Assembly: GCA_034669905.1 (NCBI GenBank)
Contig: JAXMOL010000002.1
Span: forward strand, 96,001-160,000
Direction: 5' to 3'
Origin: Candidatus Hydrogenedentota bacterium
GTDB lineage: Bacteria > Hydrogenedentota > Hydrogenedentia > Hydrogenedentales > JAEUWI01
Length of the DNA stretch: 64,000 bases
Under the pieces are notes generated by a model. That model saw nothing but the letters and a program-made list of their open reading frames with translations. It was not told where the DNA came from and ran no database searches. Positions 9,020 through 17,771 of the stretch are shown piece by piece; position 1 is the stretch's first letter, and the number at the start of each line of letters is the position of its first letter. The translations under genes and the position numbers were made by a program.

Positions 9020-11140
9020 TCACTTCTCAATTCGAAACGCGACGTACGCATCGCCTTCGTCGGTGCCCATCTTGCCGCCGGCGGCAGCGGTCACGACGTA
9101 CTGCACGCCGTCGACCATATAGGTGGCGGGTGTGGCGTAGCCCCCGGCGGGGAGTTTGGTTTCCCACAGGAGCTTGCCGGATTTTTTGTCATAGGCGTGG
9201 AACATCTCGTCTTTCGTGGCGCCGATGAAAATTACACCACCCTTGGTCACGAGGGGGCCGCCGTAGTTTTCGGTGCCCGTTTGTTCGTGGCCTTCTTCAC
9301 GGAGGCGGGGCGTATCGCCGAGCACGGACTTCCACACGATTTCGCCCGTGTTCATATCGATGGCATTGAGGGTGCCCCAGGGCGGCTTGATGGCGGGATA
9401 GCCCAGGTGATCGACGAAGCGGTTCCAGCCCGTGTGGCGGAAGATGGGCTTCTTATCGGCGTCCGGTTTTTCGTCGTCCGCTTTTTCATCATGGGCGGTA
9501 TCGGCCGCGTAAATATAGTCGAGGATATTCTTCATACCCTGCTCCCCCAGGTTTTTGAAGGAAGGCATGAAGCCCTTGCCCGCGAGCATGAGGGCTTCGG
9601 CATCTTCCCGCTTGAGGCGCTCGCTGATGCCCTTGAGGGGCGGGTACATGCTGAAGGGATTCCCCTCGCGCTCGACGCCATGGCAGAAGAGACACTGCTT
9701 CGCATAAATCATGGCCCCTTCACGGAGGGCCGGGTCACTGCCGAGCTGATTGATATCCACCATGGTGAGAATCCACGGCATCTCGCTGGCGTTGATGTAG
9801 AGCAGGCCCGTCTCGGGGTCCACGGCCGCACCGCCCCATTCTCCGCCGCCATCGTAACCGGGAAAGACGAGGGTGCCTTCACGACTCGGCGGGGCGAAGC
9901 GCTCGCGACGGATGACCTCCCACCGTTTCATCACCATCTCGCGCGACTCGGGAGTAATGTCGGTGATGTCGTTAAAATCGAAGGTGCTGCGCGAAAAAGG
10001 TTCCGGCTTGGTGGGCACGGGTTGGGTCTTAGCGGCCAGCTCGCCCTCCAGGTCAGAGGCGGGCGCGGGCACTTCTTCAATCGGGAAAAGGGGCTCGCCG
10101 GTTTCACGATCGAAGAGGAAGACGAGGGCCGACTTGGTGATCTGTGCCACCGCATCGATCTTTTTCCCATCGTGCTCCACCGTGAGGAGGTTGGGCGGCG
10201 CGGGGAGATCGCGATCCCACAGGTCGTGGTGCACGGTCTGGAAATGCCACTTCCGCTCGCCGGTCCCCGCGTCCAGCGCCAGCAGGGTGTTGGCGAAAAG
10301 GTTGTCGCCGTGGCGATCGCCGCCGTAGAAATCAAAGGCCGCTGCGCCCGTGGGCACATAGACAATGCCCCGCTCGGCATCAAGGCTCATACCCGCCCAC
10401 GAGTTGGCCCCACCGGTAAACTCATGGGTGCCTTCCGGCCAGGTGTCATAGCCGAATTCGCCCGGCTGGGGAATGGTGTGAAAGGTCCACGCGATCGCGC
10501 CGGTGTGCACGTTGTAGGCCCGGATGTGCCCCGGTGCCGCGGGATGGGATTCCATGGTACGCAGGCCGATGATGTAAAGGTCTTGGTAGACCACGCCGGG
10601 GGACGAGGACTCGGCATAGATTTTTTCCGGGTCACGGCCGAGTCCTTCCGACAGCCGCACCTTTCCGCCGTCACCAAAGCCCTCCACCGGCTTCCCCGTG
10701 TCGGGGTCCAGGGCATACAGAAAGGGGCCGCCGCCATAGAGCAGGCGACGCTGGGTACCATCGGTCCACCAGCCAAAGCCGCGGCAGACCGACTTCTTCG
10801 GCTCATCGGCCGTAAAGGTCCATTTTTCCTCGCCCGTGGCGGCGTTGAGGGCGAAGACCTTCATAAAGGGGGACACGCCGTAAAGCACCCCGTCGATAAC
10901 GAGGGGGTTACATTGAATCTGACCCACCTTCTTCTCGTCGGCCCCTTCACTCGAATAGCGCCACGCGACGGAGAGCTTCGAAACGTTCTCCGTGTTGATT
11001 TGATCCAAGGTCGAGTATTGACCGCTGTCCGCCCCACCGAGATAGGCGCTCCAGTTGCGGTCCTGTGCGGTGGCCTGCGCGCCCGCCAGGAGCGCCGTGA
11101 GGCCCAGGGCCATCAGTTGGTGTTTCGCATGTTGCTTCAT
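9020..11140 (-). CDS. PQQ-dependent (glucose-type) dehydrogenase with an inserted cytochrome c domain
   Basis: PQQ propeller motifs (YSTLDQIN..NVSKL.VAW; WHFQTVHHDLWDRD; PPWGTLNAID; ATPATY) and a CLFCH haem motif. Confidence 0.85.
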   Translation of the reverse strand: MKQHAKHQLMALGLTALLAGAQATAQDRNWSAYLGGADSGQYSTLDQINTENVSKLSVAWRYSSEGADEKKVGQIQCNPLVIDGVLYGVSPFMKVFALNAATGEEKWTFTADEPKKSVCRGFGWWTDGTQRRLLYGGGPFLYALDPDTGKPVEGFGDGGKVRLSEGLGRDPEKIYAESSSPGVVYQDLYIIGLRTMESHPAAPGHIRAYNVHTGAIAWTFHTIPQPGEFGYDTWPEGTHEFTGGANSWAGMSLDAERGIVYVPTGAAAFDFYGGDRHGDNLFANTLLALDAGTGERKWHFQTVHHDLWDRDLPAPPNLLTVEHDGKKIDAVAQITKSALVFLFDRETGEPLFPIEEVPAPASDLEGELAAKTQPVPTKPEPFSRSTFDFNDITDITPESREMVMKRWEVIRRERFAPPSREGTLVFPGYDGGGEWGGAAVDPETGLLYINASEMPWILTMVDINQLGSDPALREGAMIYAKQCLFCHGVEREGNPFSMYPPLKGISERLKREDAEALMLAGKGFMPSFKNLGEQGMKNILDYIYAADTAHDEKADDEKPDADKKPIFRHTGWNRFVDHLGYPAIKPPWGTLNAIDMNTGEIVWKSVLGDTPRLREEGHEQTGTENYGGPLVTKGGVIFIGATKDEMFHAYDKKSGKLLWETKLPAGGYATPATYMVDGVQYVVTAAAGGKMGTDEGDAYVAFRIEK

Positions 11141-11250
11141 CGTTTTCCTTCCGCGCTCCCGGGTCTCGTACCAGGCCCATGGGACGTATGGGTCTTATCA
11201 GCCCTATATATCATGGGGATTATTTGCTCCACGGGCCGACAATCGATGTG

Positions 11251-12402
11251 TTACTCGGCCGCCAGCGTACCTATCAGCCAACCATACACCGAGTCGCCAA
11301 TCTGAAGATAGCCCGTGCCCGCCGGGTGCACACTGTTATTTTGCCGCGTCACTTCCACGTCATTGCGGCTGTTCGCCGGGCCCGTGCTGGTGGGATAGTT
11401 CCGCACACAGTCCAGGTTAATATAGGCCGGGATGAGGCTGATATGTTCGCCATCACGGCCACCATAGGTCTCGGCCATGCGCTCCACGACCCGGTGCTGA
11501 TTGCGGCGATACTGCCAACGGGTCTGGTTGTTCTTGTAGTTCGCCCCAAAGGCATCCTGACTCACCGTAGGCGGTACGGGCGCGAGGAGCCCGATTTTCG
11601 TGGCCGGGTTCACGCCGTGTATCTGGGCGATGAGGGCGTCCATGTGGCCAAACATCGCGTCGATAACCCCTTCAATGTTGTCGTCTTTGGCGCTGAAGGT
11701 ATCGTTGCAGCCCAGGAAAAGGGTCACCACATCGGGCGCCACGCCACCGTTCACCTCCGCACAATAACGGCCATAGTCGAGTCCAATTTCACCGGCTTCA
11801 TTCTTGTAGACAAAGGGGCTGGGACGTTCCTTGTAGGGCGCATCGCGGGGGGCGTCGGTGTAGTGGGTGGCGAAACGTGCCGCCGTCCAGCCGCCATAGC
11901 CCTCGTGGCGATTCCGCTTGTCATCTTTCGGCGCATGGCTACCCACCAGGGTCAGGGTCGGCGTATCGTCGGTGGCACAGAAATCCACCAGCGCCTGGGT
12001 GTAAATGGAGGCATGGGTGAGGCTGTCGCCAATGACGAGGGCCGATACGGCGCGGTCTTTCAAGGTCGCCGGGTCCGTCACCACCACGGTGCTCTTGCCC
12101 TCGGCAATGACCGCGTTACTCTGATTGAAGACCCGCAAGGTCAACGCATAGCTGCCCACTTCTTTCGTCTTGGGCGTATAGGTCCAGCGCTCGGCCTGCT
12201 GGATGCCCACGCCGCAGTCCACATCAAAGGCATAGTTATTGGCATTGAGGACCAGGACCACATTGTCGAAGTAGAGATTGGCTTCTACGCCCGGAGTCGC
12301 GTAGATCGTGGTGGGCATGGCCAGCCGCACGGGCGCCGATTCGGCTCCCACCACCCCTGCGATTGAGAGAAAAGACAAGAGCAGGACACGAACAAATAAC
12401 AT
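11251..12402 (-). CDS. Secreted SGNH/GDSL hydrolase
   Basis: IGDSLT, HEGYGGW, LGCND and NSVHP blocks. Start reassigned to ATG 12402 (GGAGG RBS, signal peptide). Confidence 0.8.
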   Translation of the reverse strand: MLFVRVLLLSFLSIAGVVGAESAPVRLAMPTTIYATPGVEANLYFDNVVLVLNANNYAFDVDCGVGIQQAERWTYTPKTKEVGSYALTLRVFNQSNAVIAEGKSTVVVTDPATLKDRAVSALVIGDSLTHASIYTQALVDFCATDDTPTLTLVGSHAPKDDKRNRHEGYGGWTAARFATHYTDAPRDAPYKERPSPFVYKNEAGEIGLDYGRYCAEVNGGVAPDVVTLFLGCNDTFSAKDDNIEGVIDAMFGHMDALIAQIHGVNPATKIGLLAPVPPTVSQDAFGANYKNNQTRWQYRRNQHRVVERMAETYGGRDGEHISLIPAYINLDCVRNYPTSTGPANSRNDVEVTRQNNSVHPAGTGYLQIGDSVYGWLIGTLAAE

Positions 12403-12640
12403 GGGAGAACCTCCAGAACGAAACGCCACACGATAGGAAGCTTCCCATGCTAGCGTTTGGCCCCGCAGATTGCAATGCCGTCGGGAGTCAGGCGGAGGGT
12501 TAGTGGTCCCCGCCTGACTAGAGACCCACGGAGGCCATCCCCGGTACGGGCTGTGGGGAAGGAGACGTAGTCGCCACACGACATCCCGCCATCCAGTGGG
12601 CTCAACAACATGCCATGACAAGCGGGACGCTTATCCCACT

Positions 12641-12686
12641 AAAAAAGCCGGGGCCATCTCCCTCGCAAGGAAGACAGCCCCGGCTC
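12641..12686 (-). terminator. Intrinsic terminator after the aldehyde dehydrogenase
   Basis: AGCCGGGGC/GCCCCGGCT stem followed by T6 on the minus strand. Confidence 0.7.
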
Positions 12687-12699
12687 CAAACTCTCTGGT

Positions 12700-14097
12700 T
12701 TACCCGGGAATTTCGGTCCGCAGGTGCATGCTCTTAAGCCGCGTAAAGCCCAGCAGGCCATAGGTCGACAGGGTCGCGCCGCGGCCCGTGTCTTTCACGC
12801 CACACCAGGGCAAGGCCGGGTCCAGGCAATCGCAGCGGTTCATGAAGAAGGTGCCCGTCTCAATCTGCTCACCAATGCGAATGGCCCGCTCCGTATCGCT
12901 GGTCCAGATGGAGGCCGTCAGGCCATAGGGACTGTCGTTCATGTATTGGATGGCCTCTTCATCGCTGGAGACCTTGCAGATGCCAATGACGGGACCGAAG
13001 CTCTCTTCCTGCATGAGGGAGCAATCCTGGGGCGCATCGGCCACCACGGCGGGCGCGAGGAAGTAGCCCTTCGACGGCGTCGTGAATTCATCGGGCGAAA
13101 CCACCAGGCGCCCACCGGCGGCCACGGCGTCTTGCACCTGCTGCTTCAAAAAGGGAATAGCGCCCTTGGAGGCCAGGGGCCCGAGGCTCGTCTTTTCATC
13201 CGTGGGATCGCCCACCACGTATTCGCGCGCTTTGGCGGCGTAGGCTTCCACGAACTTATCATAGATGGGTGCTTCCACGTAGATACGCTCCACCGCACAG
13301 CAGGACTGACCCGCGTTGTAAAAGGCGCCGTCCACGCAATTGGCCACGGCCCAGTCGAAATCGGCATCGGCGCACACATAGGCCGGGTCTTTTCCGCCCA
13401 ACTCCAGGCCCACTTCTATGAAGCGGTCGGCCGCACTGCGGTTGACCTGACGGCCACCAGACACGGAGCCCGTAAAGGAGACGTGGTCTACGCCCGCGTG
13501 TTTAATCAACAGCTCCGTCACGCTGTGGTCCGCCGCGATGGCCTGCACGAGCCCTTCGGGCGCGCCGGCGGCACGGAAGGCATCTTCAAAGGCCGTGGCA
13601 CAGAGGGGCGTCTTGCTGGAATGCTTGACGATGACTGCATTACCCGCGAGCACAGCCGGCACCACTACGTTGACGGCAATCAGCAGGGGATAGTTCCACG
13701 CGGCAATATCGAGCACGACTCCCAAGGGTTCGTGACGGATATACCGGGTGAAGCCTGCCTTCTCGGGGAGCGCATCATCGGCCAGGGTTTCTTCGGCAAT
13801 GGCGATCATGTGATTGCCCCGCTCTAAGACCCCGCCAATCTCGCCCTTCGCCTGGCCCAGGGGTTTGCCCATCTGCGCGGTAATGGCGGAAGCCACTTCG
13901 TCGCCGTTGGCTTCAAACCAGGCCAGGGCCCGTTCGCAGAGGGCTTTGCGTTCGCCCAGGGGCGAGGTGCGCCAGGCGGTGTAGGCCTCACGGGCACGGG
14001 ATACGACGGCGTCGACCCCATCGGCGGAAAGGCCCTCGACGGTGTAGACCACTTCTTCGGTGGCGGGACTGATAACTTCAATGACAGTACTGGCCAT
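12700..14097 (-). CDS. Aldehyde dehydrogenase
   Basis: AWNYP, FTGS, LELGGKDP, AGQSCCA, EESFGP motifs. Confidence 0.95.
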   Translation of the reverse strand: MASTVIEVISPATEEVVYTVEGLSADGVDAVVSRAREAYTAWRTSPLGERKALCERALAWFEANGDEVASAITAQMGKPLGQAKGEIGGVLERGNHMIAIAEETLADDALPEKAGFTRYIRHEPLGVVLDIAAWNYPLLIAVNVVVPAVLAGNAVIVKHSSKTPLCATAFEDAFRAAGAPEGLVQAIAADHSVTELLIKHAGVDHVSFTGSVSGGRQVNRSAADRFIEVGLELGGKDPAYVCADADFDWAVANCVDGAFYNAGQSCCAVERIYVEAPIYDKFVEAYAAKAREYVVGDPTDEKTSLGPLASKGAIPFLKQQVQDAVAAGGRLVVSPDEFTTPSKGYFLAPAVVADAPQDCSLMQEESFGPVIGICKVSSDEEAIQYMNDSPYGLTASIWTSDTERAIRIGEQIETGTFFMNRCDCLDPALPWCGVKDTGRGATLSTYGLLGFTRLKSMHLRTEIPG

Positions 14098-14501
14098 GAT
14101 AAACCTCGTATAGTTGGCAGGCGATCACCGGGGAATTTCGACGACACAAAAAGGATGGAGCCGTGATCGCAGGCCACATCGCTATCCGCTCTGGGTGGAA
14201 GGAAGTGCACAGAACATGCGGGGTGCGGCACCCAGAAACCGTGGACCCAGTATACGGCAGCGCCCATTTTCCGCGCAAGCATGACCTGTTTGCAAAGCCA
14301 CTGTTGAAGCGTTACCATGGTGGAAGGGAATGCTGTTTTCACCGTGTACAATATCTGGAGAGAGGTATTATCGTGGCTGTTTTCGTAATGGGTACGGGTG
14401 CGCAGCACTCGCTTCAAAATGTCGTTGCACTCTTGGAAAAACAGCTATTGCGCACGCAGGGAATCCCCCGACGCATCAACGCCTGGAGTGGTAACTTCCG
14501 G

Positions 14502-15875
14502 ATGGAAGCAGAGCGTGTCGACTTCGAGTCGCCCTTCTGTCGTTTCGTCGTTTTTCTGCCGGAAGATTGGCCCGACATCGCCGCACTTGAAGAAAAAGCC
14601 CGGAGTCTCGCACCCTATGGCGCGGTCTCGCACAATGAGGATAACGTCCAGTTTTCCTTCGCACCGCCCGAAGGCGAAGGACCAGAGAAAACGCTTGAAG
14701 CCTTCGATGCCTTCGCGGCCGAATTCACCCTCCCGGAAGTGTGGCGGGCAGAGGGCGACAAATACCGCCTCGACCACATCAGCGCCGAACTCCTCTTCAA
14801 GGCTATCATCCAATACCGTGCCAGTGACGTACACCTTTCCCCCGGCGTGAGTCCTGTGTTCCGCATCGACGGGGAGACGCGCTCCTCCGATCTGCTGGGT
14901 CCCCTTTCCGCCGTTCAGATTGAAAGCCTGATTCGCGAGATATGCCTCGACGAAGCCTGGAAAGAATTTGAACTGACCCGGCAAACAAGTTTTAACTACC
15001 ACCAGTCGGGCCTGGGGTATTCCCGCGTATCGGCCTTCGTCAAATCGGGCGCGCCCCATTGCACGATTCGATTCCTACCGGAGACCATCCCCAGCTTTGA
15101 GGAGCTTCACGTTCCGAAAGATACCATGGTCAAGCTGGCCGAACTCCACCGGGGGCTGCTCCTCGTAACGGGCATGACCGGCAGCGGTAAAACGACCACT
15201 GTGGCCGCCCTCATCGACTGGATCAATTCCACCCGATCCAGTCATATTCTCACCATCGAGAACCCCATCGAGTTTGTGCATACCAATAAGAAGTCTATCG
15301 TCTCCCAACGAAACCTCGGCCTGGATGTGGACTCGTTTTATGACGCCGTCACCGGCGCATTGCGCCATGACCCCGACGTCATCCTGATTGGTGAAATGCG
15401 GGACCCCGATACCATCCGGTCGGCCATCAACGCGGCGGCCACCGGCCACCTGGTGGTGAGTACGCTCCACGCCAACACGGCAGCCGAAGTGGTGAACCGG
15501 GTGCTCAGCTTCTTCGATCCCATTGAGCGCGACCTGGTGAAACTCCAGCTGCGCGACTGTCTCCAATGCGTTATCTGCCAACGCCTCGTCCCCAAACTCG
15601 GGGGTGGCCGCATACCCGCCCTCGAAATGATGCTCAACGATGTAAAGGCCATCGCCGATGGCATCATGGAAGGCAGCACCGACCACATTCGCATCGGGAT
15701 GCAGCAAACGGTTTCCCACTCCTTCCTCTTCGAGCACTACCTCCATAATCTGCTGAAGCAACAGAAAGTCGATCTGGCCCACGCCCAGGAGTTTGCCACC
15801 GACCAGAGCATGCTCGACCAGATTCGTATGGGCACCTACGCCGTACCCCGCTTGGAAGGCGTGCGCGCACACTAA
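14502..15875 (+). CDS. PilT/PilU-family type IV pilus ATPase with an N-terminal extension
   Basis: ASDVHL, GMTGSGKTTT, IENPIEF, ALRHDPDVILIGEMRD, TGHLVVSTLH. Start chosen at ATG 14502 (GGAG upstream). Confidence 0.9.
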   Translation: MEAERVDFESPFCRFVVFLPEDWPDIAALEEKARSLAPYGAVSHNEDNVQFSFAPPEGEGPEKTLEAFDAFAAEFTLPEVWRAEGDKYRLDHISAELLFKAIIQYRASDVHLSPGVSPVFRIDGETRSSDLLGPLSAVQIESLIREICLDEAWKEFELTRQTSFNYHQSGLGYSRVSAFVKSGAPHCTIRFLPETIPSFEELHVPKDTMVKLAELHRGLLLVTGMTGSGKTTTVAALIDWINSTRSSHILTIENPIEFVHTNKKSIVSQRNLGLDVDSFYDAVTGALRHDPDVILIGEMRDPDTIRSAINAAATGHLVVSTLHANTAAEVVNRVLSFFDPIERDLVKLQLRDCLQCVICQRLVPKLGGGRIPALEMMLNDVKAIADGIMEGSTDHIRIGMQQTVSHSFLFEHYLHNLLKQQKVDLAHAQEFATDQSMLDQIRMGTYAVPRLEGVRAH

Positions 15876-16182
15876 ATAAGCGAAGGTAGACCCCGATCAA
15901 ATCCAACTCGTTCGTTACGACAGCGCAGGCAAGCGCCTGCAACAGGCCAACGGACGTTCGGCTTGGCCACTATTGATTTAAAGAAGTCTTTGACATTTGG
16001 GAGCCCAGGCCCCAAATCTTTAAGATGGCAACCGAATAACTTGGAAAATGTCCGAGATGAATCTTCGCCTATTTAGGCGAAGACGGCGACCGACGACGAG
16101 AGACTACGGCGCTTCCACGGGATGGTGAGTGCTGCAAGACGTCGTGTGCGGCCCCCTTACGGGCACCGGGCTTCAAGCAGGG

Positions 16183-17703
16183 TCAGCCGGCCGACGTGAC
16201 CCCCGACCCCAAGGCCGGTACGGCATCTTCCGCGGCGGCGGGAACGGGCGGGGGCGTCGCGGCTTTCTTGCGCGCCAGATGGCGCAGACGGTGGATAATA
16301 ATCGCCTCGTTGCGAATGGAAACCGTCAGCGCAATCATGAACCAGTAGGGCTCCATGATGCGGACGATCAAGAATGAAATCGTGCCGAAAGAGTGGACGA
16401 TAAGGGCCGCCGTGGCCCCAAACATGCCCAGGGCAATACCCCGCGCCATCCAATCTTCCGTCCAGCGATACGCCTGGCGGGTCGTACGAAGCACCTGGAC
16501 CAATAAGAAGACAAACGCAACGAGCCCTACCACCCCGGTCTCGAGCAATACCCGGGCGTATTGGCTGTCCAGCACCGACTCCCACGAGACCCCGCCGCCA
16601 AAGAAAAAGAACTGGGGCCCCAGACTGAGAATAAACCCGACCTTTCGCCAGACGTGGACGCGCTCATAGGTGGACTTGTCGACGTTCACGCCGAAATCCC
16701 GGCCAGCTACGACCAAGTCACGGCCCCCGTCTTCTTGTATCGTATAGGCCACCCGCTCGATGACCTCCGCCGGCATGACCAGGGTGGATGAGGCGAGCAA
16801 AATGGCAATGCCGAGCAGTATCAGATACTTTCGGCTCATCAATGCGATAACCGTGAAGCCGACCAGCAGGGCCACGTAAGAAGCGCGCGAGAGCGTATAG
16901 AGCAGGGGAATAAACCCGATGGCGACCACGAAAAAATACACGCATTTCAGGCGTAGCTTTTTCGCCTGTAGCGCCAAGCCCAATGCCACGCAAAGACAAA
17001 TAACCAGATAGCCCCCCAACGTGTTCGGCTCCGTGCCGCCCTTTTCAAAGGGTGCACTCACGCGGGGGGTCGTCCCGATGCTGTAGATGCCATAGCCACT
17101 CACAATCAACATGACGATGAAGAACAGCAGGATCGGAGAACGAAGATCTTTGGACGCCCGTACGGAGTGGGCCACCATGAAAAAGATGAGATAGAACTCC
17201 AACATCTTTAACATGACGAAGAAGGCCGTCCGCTTATCCCACGCGGGCAAACTCCGTTCGTATGCCAGTATGGTCGCAAAAACACACACCGCAAAATAGG
17301 CGACGATGCCCGAGTTAATGGGACTTGGCTGCCAGAGGGCCAGTCGCCCCTCAAAGGTCAGCTTAATCATGACGCCAATGAAGATGACAATGATCAGCAG
17401 ATCGTCATAGCGGATATTGAGACTTCGATCGCCATTGGCCGCAGGCCGCAACTCGATCTCCGGCGACAACAACATGGCAATAATCAGGATAAACAGACCG
17501 AGTTCGACGCGGACAACCGTGCCGCCAAAGACCACCATGCTCACGGCCAGCGCCGCGGTGAGGCTGTCATTCCCCAGAATCAGGTGCTGGGCCACCAGAA
17601 TCATGCTGCTGAGGAGCATGAAGGCGGCGAAAATCGGGACTTCCAGTTGACTCTCGGCAACTTCACCACGACCGATTCCGCGCTCTGATCGGAAGAATGC
17701 CAT
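16183..17703 (-). CDS. O-antigen ligase / Wzy-like polytopic membrane protein
   Basis: About 12 hydrophobic segments; EPNTLGGYL, TLSRAS, DSQYARVLLETGVVG motifs. Confidence 0.8.
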   Translation of the reverse strand: MAFFRSERGIGRGEVAESQLEVPIFAAFMLLSSMILVAQHLILGNDSLTAALAVSMVVFGGTVVRVELGLFILIIAMLLSPEIELRPAANGDRSLNIRYDDLLIIVIFIGVMIKLTFEGRLALWQPSPINSGIVAYFAVCVFATILAYERSLPAWDKRTAFFVMLKMLEFYLIFFMVAHSVRASKDLRSPILLFFIVMLIVSGYGIYSIGTTPRVSAPFEKGGTEPNTLGGYLVICLCVALGLALQAKKLRLKCVYFFVVAIGFIPLLYTLSRASYVALLVGFTVIALMSRKYLILLGIAILLASSTLVMPAEVIERVAYTIQEDGGRDLVVAGRDFGVNVDKSTYERVHVWRKVGFILSLGPQFFFFGGGVSWESVLDSQYARVLLETGVVGLVAFVFLLVQVLRTTRQAYRWTEDWMARGIALGMFGATAALIVHSFGTISFLIVRIMEPYWFMIALTVSIRNEAIIIHRLRHLARKKAATPPPVPAAAEDAVPALGSGVTSAG

Positions 17704-17771
17704 GCCTGTCCCTTATCCTGTCCACACGGCGCACACACCAACACGGTGCGGGCCGGAATTCGCGCGATCGA

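Noticed and set aside
14163..14501. N-terminal extensions in the ORF track (also for the ORFs at 12621, 23712, 39062, 39325, 42660, 44098, 63050)
   Set aside because: Downstream starts have RBS, signal peptide, coupling or family-consensus support; the extensions overlap other features or look non-coding.
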